In this document: piece by piece, positions 1 through 8,208 of the stretch
Layout: each line of letters begins with the position of its first letter
Numbering within the stretch: position 1 is the stretch's first letter
DNA from: an uncultured Candidatus Entotheonella sp.
GTDB taxonomy: Bacteria; Tectomicrobia; Entotheonellia; Entotheonellales; Entotheonellaceae
DNA length: 64,000 nt
Reading direction: 5' to 3'
Assembly: GCA_965215335.1 (NCBI GenBank)
Contig: CBDCDA010000002.1
Coordinates: 416,001 to 480,000, forward strand
Position numbers and translations under genes: made by a program
Notes under the pieces: generated by a model
Told to the model about the DNA's origin: nothing
What the model saw: only the letters and a program-made list of their open reading frames with translations
Databases searched by the model: none

Positions 1-1
1 C

Positions 2-373
2 TGCAACATCATGGTGTTTGACTACCTCCGTGCACGCGAAGCGACCGTACGCATTGCCCGCGAGGGGGCAGGAGGGAGGAGAAAACATCCGGTCTATCGG
101 TTTTATGATGCTGAAGATGATTACATTTGCGAAGTACGCTACGGCGATGCTGCCGCGAACGCGCTTCAACGCGGACTCTGGACGCATACCAGAAAGGGGC
201 TCAAGTTCTTCGACAGCATTACGAATGGCTGGATCGAATACGCCCACAATCTCGTCCTCGTGGAGCTTTTTTCGCATGCCCTTGTTTCGTCGGCTGCCGG
301 TCATACAGCCGCGTTTCACAAGGTCAAGGAAGATATCGACCGCCTGAAACGGCAGGCTGGGTTCTCACAATGA
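2..373 (+). CDS. 5'-truncated ORF, probable restriction endonuclease partner of the downstream methyltransferase
   Basis: Frame is open to the window edge. Its TGA stop overlaps the MTase start (ATGA at 370-373). Lower-GC context. Function inferred from position only. Confidence 0.45.
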   Translation, partial: CNIMVFDYLRAREATVRIAREGAGGRRKHPVYRFYDAEDDYICEVRYGDAAANALQRGLWTHTRKGLKFFDSITNGWIEYAHNLVLVELFSHALVSSAAGHTAAFHKVKEDIDRLKRQAGFSQ

Positions 374-1503
374 GCAACTTGCCGCTGTTCGATGACATCA
401 TCGTCGATGCACCCCCTACGGAAGGCGTAAAATATGCGGGTTCAAAGCGCAAGCTCTTGCCTTATATTCTTGAACTGACGCAACGAACGGGTGCCAAAAC
501 CGTCCTCGATGGTTTTGCCGGGTCAACCCGCGTATCCCAAGCATTTGCCCAAGCAGGATATCGGGTGATCAGTAACGACATTGCTGTTTGGTCGGAAATT
601 TTTGGATTTTGTTATCTCCTGAATCCTAAACCGAGAGAGCATTATCTATCGTTGATCCGTCATTTGAACCGTGTTCCGCCCAAGGAAGGTTGGTTCACCC
701 GACACTATGGCGGTAAACCAAACAGCGGTGTGGCCGTTCAGCACGATGGCCTCAAGAAACCCTGGCAGATTCACAATACTTGCAAATTGGATGGCATCCG
801 TGAGGAGATCGACAATCTTTCACTCTCACCAACCGAGAAAGCCGTTGCATTGACAAGCCTGATTCTGGGTCTGGACCGGGTAGACAACACGCTTGGTCAT
901 TTTGTCTCGTATCTCAGGAAATGGTCGCCTCGGTCCTACAACGAATTGCATCTCGAAGTGCCAAATCTATTCGTCAATACAAAGGAAAACGAAGTCATAC
1001 ACGGGGACGTATTCAACGTTATTAACCGTGCCGTCGACCTTGCGTACTTTGATCCACCATACGGTTCCAACAACGAAAAGATGCCGCCTTCACGAGTACG
1101 GTACGCGTCATACTATCACTTATGGACAACCATTTGTCTCAATGACGAACCGACATTGTTTGGCAAAGCCATGCGTCGACGTGATACGTCTGACGTTATC
1201 TCGGGTTCGGCATTCGAGGAATTTCAAAAGAATCCTGACTCGGGACGATTTCTCGCGATTGAAGCAATCGAACGGCTGATCCATTCCACGGCGGCCCGTT
1301 GGATCATTCTCTCCTATAGCTCCGGTGGCCGCGCCACCGCGCATGAGGTGAACGATATTCTTACTGCAAATGGCGATGTCGTTGACATCATCGAACTGGA
1401 CTACAAGCGCAACGTCATGGCAGGAATGAAGTGGACCAACGAGTGGCTTCGCGACGCGGAATCCGCCAATCGCGAATTTCTGTTCCTGATCGACAAGGGC
1501 TGA
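370..1503 (+). CDS. DNA adenine methyltransferase (Dam/FokI/NlaIII-like D12 class)
   Basis: N-terminal KYAGSKRKLL, SAM-binding motif I VLDGFAGS and catalytic YFDPPY in alpha-group order. True start ATG 370 lies within ORF 127..1503. Confidence 0.9.
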   Translation: MSNLPLFDDIIVDAPPTEGVKYAGSKRKLLPYILELTQRTGAKTVLDGFAGSTRVSQAFAQAGYRVISNDIAVWSEIFGFCYLLNPKPREHYLSLIRHLNRVPPKEGWFTRHYGGKPNSGVAVQHDGLKKPWQIHNTCKLDGIREEIDNLSLSPTEKAVALTSLILGLDRVDNTLGHFVSYLRKWSPRSYNELHLEVPNLFVNTKENEVIHGDVFNVINRAVDLAYFDPPYGSNNEKMPPSRVRYASYYHLWTTICLNDEPTLFGKAMRRRDTSDVISGSAFEEFQKNPDSGRFLAIEAIERLIHSTAARWIILSYSSGGRATAHEVNDILTANGDVVDIIELDYKRNVMAGMKWTNEWLRDAESANREFLFLIDKG

Positions 1504-1551
1504 ACCTGCCTGGCCAAATTTTTCGTTTCCATTCGGATATTCCTCCTACCC

Positions 1552-3024
1552 GAGCCTTTTGCAAAATGGACAAGCGCGCCAGGATTATTGATAGAAAGAA
1601 GCCGGAAAAGGGCTGATCGTACTGGGACAAGGCCGTCTCTCCTTCGTATCATGGGGTCTTCGACCCCCCACATGACAAGGAGAGAGCAACCATGTCCCTA
1701 CGTGCCATCCTATCGAATTATGGGTTCATCTTCCAACGAGAGCTTTTCCCTGCACTCAAAGAAGAACTGGGTCCCTTGGGGGACCGCTACTCGTCCTTGA
1801 TCACCGTGCTTGAGTTCGTACAGATTGAGAGACTGCTGCCGTATGTCCGGGGCCTGCCGGGACGTCCGCAGGAAGACCGGGCAACGCTGGCGCGGGCGTT
1901 CATGGCCAAGGCGTTGTTCGCTATTCCAACCACCCGGGCGCTTGTCGAACGGCTTGCTATCGACCGCCCGCTGCGTCGTCTGTGTGGCTGGACCACACCT
2001 GGCGAGGTGCCCAGCGAGGCGACGTTCTCGCGTGCCTTTGGCGCCTTCGCCGACAGCGCCTTGCCGAGCCGCCTGCACGAGGCGCTGATCAACAACACCC
2101 TGCAGGACCGTCTCGTCGGTCACGTCTCGCGTGATTCGACGGCCATCGAGGGGCGTGAGAAACCAACGCCGAAGAAGAAATTGGCCAAGCCCAAGCGGGG
2201 GCGCGGTCGTCCACGCAAGGGTGAGGAACGACCGAAGCAACTTCGCCGACTGCAACGCCAGCCGTTGATGACCCTGAGCGAGATGCTCGCCGACCTGCCA
2301 CGCGACCCTGACGTCGGCGTCAAGCAAAACGCCAAGGGACACCATGAATCCTGGGTCGGCTACAAGTTGCATATCGATGTGGCGGACGGTGGGATTCCGA
2401 TCAGTTGTCTGCTGACCTCGGCCTCCCTGCATGACAGCCAGGCAGCGATTCCCTTGGCTACCCTGACGGCGGCGCGGGTCACCAATCTGTACGACCTGAT
2501 GGACTCGGCCCATGATGCGCCCGAAATCAGGACCTGCAGCGCGTCACTCGGGCACGTAGTGATCATTGACGTCAATCCCCGCTGCGTCGCGCGCAAGCTG
2601 GCCTTGAAAACGGAGGCACGGGCGCAGCGCACCGTCGGCCACTTGTCGGCCGAGAAATTGCGCTACCGCGAACGCTCGACGGTTGAACGGGTCAACAGCC
2701 GTCTCAAGGACGACTTCGGTGGTCGCCAAGTACGGGTGCGCGGTCCTGCCAAGGTGCTGTGCCACCTGATGTTTGGCCTGTTGGCACTGACGGTGGAGCA
2801 GTTGCTACGCCTGCTTCCCTGATTCCAGGAGGGTGTGCGCTCATGGCAGGACAGGAGAGGACAGGCCTGTCCGCGTGCTACAAAAGGGACGCCCCATCGT
2901 CTTCGAGAGCCGGGCAATACGTGGCGGCGCAGTTGTCCTGACGGCGCATCCGACGTCGAAACGTCCCCACCTCTCGACGGCCGCGAATTTTGCTCTCGAC
3001 GATCCAGAGTTTTGCAAGTGGCTC
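1552..3024 (+). mobile_element. Complete IS element (IS5/IS1182-like DDE), about 1.47 kb
   Basis: Terminal inverted repeats GAGCCTTTTGCAAAA (1552-1566) and TTTTGCAAGTGGCTC (3010-3024), 13/15 match, flank a transposase. No target-site duplication seen. Confidence 0.85.
1692..2822 (+). CDS. DDE transposase (DDE_Tnp_1-type)
   Basis: Motifs PSEATFSRAF, VSRDSTAI, GYKLHIDVAD, LMDSAHD and RSTVERVNSRLK. Confidence 0.9.
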   Translation: MSLRAILSNYGFIFQRELFPALKEELGPLGDRYSSLITVLEFVQIERLLPYVRGLPGRPQEDRATLARAFMAKALFAIPTTRALVERLAIDRPLRRLCGWTTPGEVPSEATFSRAFGAFADSALPSRLHEALINNTLQDRLVGHVSRDSTAIEGREKPTPKKKLAKPKRGRGRPRKGEERPKQLRRLQRQPLMTLSEMLADLPRDPDVGVKQNAKGHHESWVGYKLHIDVADGGIPISCLLTSASLHDSQAAIPLATLTAARVTNLYDLMDSAHDAPEIRTCSASLGHVVIIDVNPRCVARKLALKTEARAQRTVGHLSAEKLRYRERSTVERVNSRLKDDFGGRQVRVRGPAKVLCHLMFGLLALTVEQLLRLLP

Positions 3025-4054
3025 TCTTGAGTTCCTTTGGCGCAACCACCGCAACAGGTCTGTCCGACCTGCTCGAAGGTTCCCTCAGCCATGACCAGAT
3101 AACCCGCTTTCCAGCCCAAGAAGACTTTGACTCCAAGACCCTCTGGCAACTCGTCAAGCCCATGGTGCGTGAGATTGAAGACGCCGGAGGCGTCCTCATC
3201 TTCGACGACACCATTGAGGAAAAGCCCTGTACGGACGAAAACGAACTCATCGCCTGGCCACTTCGACCACAGCAAGAACCGCACCGTCAAAGGCATCAAC
3301 CTGCTTAACTGTGTCTATCACGCCCAAGGCACCACCCTGCCCGTGGCCTGTGAACTCATCGGCAAACCCATCGTCTGCCGTGATGCGAAAACGGGAACCT
3401 TGAAGCGCAAAAGCAACCGCTCGAAGAATGAACACCTGCGCCGCATGCTCACCGTGTGCCAGCGCAATCAGTTGGCCTGGCGCTACGTGCTGGCTGACAG
3501 TTGGTTTTCAGCCAAAGACAACCTGAACTTCATTCGCCAGGGCTTGGGCAAGCATTTCGTCATCGCCCTGAAATCCAACCGTACGGTGGCCTTGAGCTAC
3601 GAGGCCAAACGCCAAGGAAACTTCTCACGCCCAGAGGCGCTGAACTTGCCGGAACGCCAAGCGGTACGCGGCTACTTGAGGGGACTGGACTTTGCGGTTC
3701 TCCTCGTCCGCCAGGTCTTTACAAACAAAGACGGCAGCCGCGGGGTTTTGTATCTGGCTTGCAGCGACCTCGAGCATGACGCAGAAGGCATCGTCACAAT
3801 CTACCAGAAACGGTGGAACGTGGAGACGTATCACAAGACGCTCAAGAGCCATGCGTCGCTAGCCAGGTCGCCGACCCGAACGGTACGGACGCAGAGCAAT
3901 CATTGTTTTCTGGCGATTTATGCTGCGTGTCGCCTGACATGGCTCAGTGTGCAACATCGGCTCAATCACGTGGCCTTACGAACCCGGCTCTATCTCAAGG
4001 CGGTGCGTCATGCCTTTGATGAACTCCAACTCCTCAAGGCCGCGTAACATCACT
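3025..4054 (+). mobile_element. IS701-family element, 5'-truncated, with frameshifted transposase
   Basis: LLSSFGATTATGLS...LIFDDTIEEKP continues after a +1 C (3258-3259) as HFDHSKNRTVKGINLL...VLADSWF...YQKRWNVETYHKTLK. Stop TAA is inside the right end GCGTAACATCAC. The N-terminus is lost at the neighbouring IS boundary. Confidence 0.85.
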
Positions 4055-4571
4055 TAATCACAAGACGACAGAAAACGACGAGTAGCAAGTCTCGAATCGT
4101 GCCGTTGTGGGGAGTTATCTCATCTAAGGCCGCCTTGAACTTGCATAGGAAGTCCAGTTCTTCCAAGTTCCACCACCTCTGGACGTTGTGCATCAACGGT
4201 GGGGCTACAGATTTGCCCGATTTGTGGCTCGCCCGGGAGACTAGGCCGGCGAGTGCATCACTGGCACCACGAATGCAAGCAGGAGAATACGTGGCGAGCT
4301 TGACGTTTCCGAGCCAGGCAAGGAAAGGATTGATCTCTATGCCAGTGGCGGTGTCACCGGCGTAGGTGGCACAAAGAGGGGTTGTGGCAGTCCCGGAAAA
4401 GGGGCCAAGAACTCGAATCCCTTGGTCTGAAGCAGTCAGGAGTTCGGAGACAAGTTTCACTGAGTATGCAGGCGTGAGACGAAGCCAACCGTGCCTCCCA
4501 TAGTGGCGGTTGACCTTGAAGGTTAGATCGGCGTTTTGCCGGGCCGATTCGAGAGCGTGTGTCTTATTCAT
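4050..4571 (-). pseudogene. DNA methyltransferase (probably N4-cytosine type), C-terminally truncated by the IS701 end
   Basis: HGWLRLTPAYS, degenerate motif I VLGPFSGTATT and GIEINPF. The ORF stops at the IS terminus before any catalytic (S/D)PPY motif. Confidence 0.75.
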
Positions 4572-5382
4572 GATGGCGTCAGGAGCGCCGTGAGCACGGC
4601 CTCGACCTCCTTCTTCAGAGCGGAACTATTGCGCTGGAAAAAAACCGGCGAGATCATATCCAACCACATCTTTGCAAAAACGATAGAATGACTCATCAGA
4701 GGAAGCATTGTCTGCCAACCCCGTGAGGAGTACCCATCTTTCGTTGCGGTAACGCTGCGCAATATCCTCATCTATCTGAAGTGAGAGGAGCCCCGCGCAA
4801 GGAAGGAGCCCCTTCGTGTAAGCCATCGCCGCATTGGCAATGTCCGCATTTTGTCGCTTGGAGTCTTTGCTCTTATAACCCTGCCGAATCTCGAAGACGA
4901 TGCCCCGAAAGGGTCTTGGTAACGGCAGAATCAACATCAATCCGGCTTGCGGCATTCCGCATCCAGGACCGGACGCGACGCCTTCGTTCGGTATCTGCGA
5001 TACTGGAAACGGGGATACGTGCGTCGAGGTGGAGTTTCCGTGCCTTTCCACCGCTCGCACGTGGAAGCGTGTAGGACCACTTCACGTCTTCATCGTCCAA
5101 GCCAAGTTGATCTTGCAGGATATGCCGGAAGAGAGACTCGCAGCCCATGCCAATTTGCCGATAGATACTGGTCATCCCCCCTGCGGTCTTGTGGGCCGCG
5201 TACATGAGGGGGTTGTCGAGGCCAAGCCAATTGTAGAAGGGATCGGCCCTGTAGATACGCTGGAACTCGTCAAGTTCGTATCCGGCTTTCGCACCCCGGC
5301 CGAGTTTCGGCTTGTATTTGGCGCAGACCCGGATATAGCCCTTGAGAATGGCCAAGTAGCGCTCGTCGGTCGATTCGCTCAT
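4568..5382 (-). pseudogene. Putative type II restriction endonuclease with two +1 frameshifts
   Basis: Three ORF pieces (4873..5409, 4626..5060, 4568..4771) join into one protein with LHLDARI...VFEIRQGYKSKD (PD-(D/E)xK-like). Shifts near 4903-4913 and at the A7 run 4638-4644. ATGA overlap with the MTase. Confidence 0.7.
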
Positions 5383-5486
5383 CCAACGCCTCGTTTTCGT
5401 TATTCTCATCCAGCTAACGGCGCGGTTCGGCTGCCCGATTTCCGCGTCAATCCCCGCGCTTCATCGTTCTTTCCATGGCCTCCTTC

Positions 5487-6857
5487 TCACGCCGCCGACA
5501 GGGTTTCAAAATACTTGACGAACGCCCGCATGCCGCCGCTGGCCTGGCCCCAATCGAAGTTCTCGTTGGGGGCGTGGTAGCCGTGCTCCGGCAGGCTGAG
5601 GCCGAGGAAGACGACGGGGACCTGCAGCAGCGTGTCGAGGGTGACGACGGCGCCAATGGAGCCGCCTTCGCGGATGAAGCTGGGGGACGCGCCGAAACCG
5701 AATTCCACCGCCTCGCGTACCGCGTCGCCGTAAAAGCCACGGAACTCGCCAAGGTAGGGAACCAGGGTGCCGCCGGGGATGATGTTGATGTCAGGGTTCA
5801 GGCGGCCGACGAAATCGCGTGTCAGTTCCAGAATGCGGTCGGGGTTCTGGTCGGGCACCAGCCGCATGCTGATCTTGGCTGTCGCCGCGTGGGGCACGAT
5901 GGTCTTGATGCCCGGCCCTTGGTAGCCGCCGCTGATGCCGTGCACCTCGAAGGTCGGCTCGCTCCAGATGGCTTGCACGATCTGCCGCACGTCGTCGCTG
6001 CGCAGGTCGTGCAGGCCGTGGGCCAGCCGGAAGCCGTCCAGGTCGAAGCCGCTGCCCAGGAAACTGGTCAGTTCGTCGCTGCCGAGGCGCTGCACGTCCT
6101 CGTAGAAGCCGGGAATGCTGACCCGTCCCGTTCGCGCCTCGTAGCAGCAGGCGATGAGCTCGGCCAGTTCGCCGATGGGATTGCGCGCGGCGCCGCCGGT
6201 AAGGCCGGAATGGCTGTCCTTGCTGCCGGTCTCCAGACGCCATTGCATGGTCAGCATGCCGCGCAGGCCGTAGGGCACTGCGGGCTTGTCCGACGCCAGC
6301 CAGATGGTGTCGGACACCAGCACGGACTTGCAGGTCAGGGCTTCCCGCTTCTGCTGCACGAAACGCTCGAAGTTCGGGCTGCCGATCTCTTCCTCCAGTT
6401 CCCAGATGAACTGGAAGTTCAGCGGCAAGCCCTGCTGCGACACAAAGCGGGCCGCCAGCAGCGCCGTGAGCGCCGGGCCCTTGTCGTCCGTGGTACCGCG
6501 GCCCAGGTAGCGGTCGCCCTGGCGCTGGAACACGAACGGCTCGTTCTCCCACTGCGGCTCGTTGGCAGGTTGCACGTCCATGTGGTTGTAGATGGCCACC
6601 GTCGGGTAGTCCGGGTTGGCGGTGAGGTTGCCGAAGACAACGGGATGGCCCGGCGTTTCGACAAGCTCGGCCTCCGCCCCGCACGCCCGCAGAATCTCGG
6701 CCGCCCGCTCCGCCCCGCGCCGCATGTCGTCAGCGTGCGCCGGGTCCATGCTCACCGTCGGAATCTCCACCAGGTCGCGCAGCCAGCTCTCGAATTCCTC
6801 GCGTATGGCAGGAATGGCGCGATCCAGATCAGCGTAGAGTTGCGGGTGCGTGGGCAT
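5487..6857 (-). CDS. M20/M25/M40 family metallo-dipeptidase (ArgE/DapE-like)
   Basis: Motifs YNHMDVQP, GRGTTDDKG, ELEEEIGS and HAPNE. Confidence 0.9.
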   Translation of the reverse strand: MPTHPQLYADLDRAIPAIREEFESWLRDLVEIPTVSMDPAHADDMRRGAERAAEILRACGAEAELVETPGHPVVFGNLTANPDYPTVAIYNHMDVQPANEPQWENEPFVFQRQGDRYLGRGTTDDKGPALTALLAARFVSQQGLPLNFQFIWELEEEIGSPNFERFVQQKREALTCKSVLVSDTIWLASDKPAVPYGLRGMLTMQWRLETGSKDSHSGLTGGAARNPIGELAELIACCYEARTGRVSIPGFYEDVQRLGSDELTSFLGSGFDLDGFRLAHGLHDLRSDDVRQIVQAIWSEPTFEVHGISGGYQGPGIKTIVPHAATAKISMRLVPDQNPDRILELTRDFVGRLNPDINIIPGGTLVPYLGEFRGFYGDAVREAVEFGFGASPSFIREGGSIGAVVTLDTLLQVPVVFLGLSLPEHGYHAPNENFDWGQASGGMRAFVKYFETLSAA

Positions 6858-7055
6858 GCGAAGTCTCCTTTGGAGGGGTGGGGTTGCGGACGCCGCAGCG
6901 GACCGTCCCGGAAAGTCCGGCGACTATAGCACGGGCAATCAGAGTGACGCTATAATGGCCGTCATACAGGAATCCGAGTCCGAAAAGCGCACGGCCCAAC
7001 AACCGATGCTTGTCGCGCTTTCGTTCATCGCGTCCTCGCTGCCAGGGAGATCTTT

Positions 7056-8039
7056 GTGGCAAACAAAATCGTATTCTCACCCCCATTCCCGCCCTCGATC
7101 ATGGACGTTGCTCGCGCCATGGCGCCGGCCGATTTCGAGTTTCAGGTCGTCGCCCAGGGCGACCCGGCCTTCGCGCCGGCCATTCAGGACGCCGAATACT
7201 TCATGGGCTTTCCGCGCGAGCACATGGGGCAGTCGTTTTACGACATGGCGCCGAACCTGAAGCTCGTGCAGCTCATCAGCGCCGGCTACGACCGCCTCGA
7301 CGTCGAGGCCGCTCGCCAGGCGCGCGTGCCGGTGTCCAACAACGGCGGCTCCAACTCGGTGGCCGTCGCCGAGCACACCCTGATGCTCATCCTCGCCGTG
7401 TACAAGCAGGTCGTCCGCGACCACAGCAACGTCGTCAACGGCAGGTGGCGGGTGGGGGATTTCGCCGACCTGCGCATCTACGAGGTGGCCGGCAAGACCC
7501 TCGGCGTCGTTGGCCTGGGTACCATCGGCAAGAAGGTGGCGCGTCGCGCTCAGGCGTTCGACATGCGGGTGCAGTATCACGACGCCATCCGCCTGAGCGA
7601 GGATCAGGAAGACGCCCTTGGGGTGCGCTTCGTGCTCTTCCCCGAACTGCTGCGCACTTCGGACGTGGTCAGCCTGCATATGCCGCTGAACGAGCAGACC
7701 CGCAACATGATGGGCGCCCGCGAGTTTGCCACCATGAAGAACGATGCTGTCTTCATCAACACCTGCCGCGGCCCGGTAGTGGACGAGACGGCGTTGCACC
7801 GTGCCCTGGCCAGCGGCCAGATTGCCGCCGCCGGCCTCGACGTGATGGTCGAAGAACCGCCGCCGGCCGATCACCCGCTGTTCGCCCTGGACAACGTCAT
7901 CTTCACGCCGCACACCGCCGGTCCGACGCTGGAAAACTGGACCAAGGCGTTCCGCAACGGTTTCGACAACATCCAGCGGGTGGCCGCTGGCCGGCAGCCG
8001 ATGTGGGTCATCCCGGAACTGCGCGAGCCGGCCCTGTAG
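7056..8039 (+). CDS. D-isomer-specific 2-hydroxyacid dehydrogenase
   Basis: Motifs AVAEH, GVVGLGTIG, INTCRG, GLDV..EP and TPHTAG. Confidence 0.92.
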   Translation: MANKIVFSPPFPPSIMDVARAMAPADFEFQVVAQGDPAFAPAIQDAEYFMGFPREHMGQSFYDMAPNLKLVQLISAGYDRLDVEAARQARVPVSNNGGSNSVAVAEHTLMLILAVYKQVVRDHSNVVNGRWRVGDFADLRIYEVAGKTLGVVGLGTIGKKVARRAQAFDMRVQYHDAIRLSEDQEDALGVRFVLFPELLRTSDVVSLHMPLNEQTRNMMGAREFATMKNDAVFINTCRGPVVDETALHRALASGQIAAAGLDVMVEEPPPADHPLFALDNVIFTPHTAGPTLENWTKAFRNGFDNIQRVAAGRQPMWVIPELREPAL

Positions 8040-8208
8040 CCGAGACCCGCCAGGGCGCGGGCTCTGGCCGGGTGACTACCCAAGTCCAATGGCCTGTGCT
8101 ATGGTAGGCGTCCTCGGTTTCAGCCATCCGCGCAAGGCCATCGGGCTTGAAACCCCCGCAGGGGTACCTGATGAGAGGCACCAAACTCAGGAGGGGTAGG
8201 GATCAGCT

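Noticed and set aside
127..369. N-terminal extension of the methyltransferase ORF
   Set aside because: It overlaps the upstream gene in another frame; the ATGA coupling at 370 is the better start.
8143..8182. Hammerhead ribozyme (GAAA-stem-GUA and CUGAUGA in permuted order)
   Set aside because: Only one nucleotide separates the would-be cleavage site from CUGAUGA, so stem I is absent, and stem II is weak.
8108..8208. Canonical TPP or glycine riboswitch
   Set aside because: Only fragments of the consensus are present; CUGAGA and the glycine aptamer core are missing. Kept only as an unassigned structured leader.
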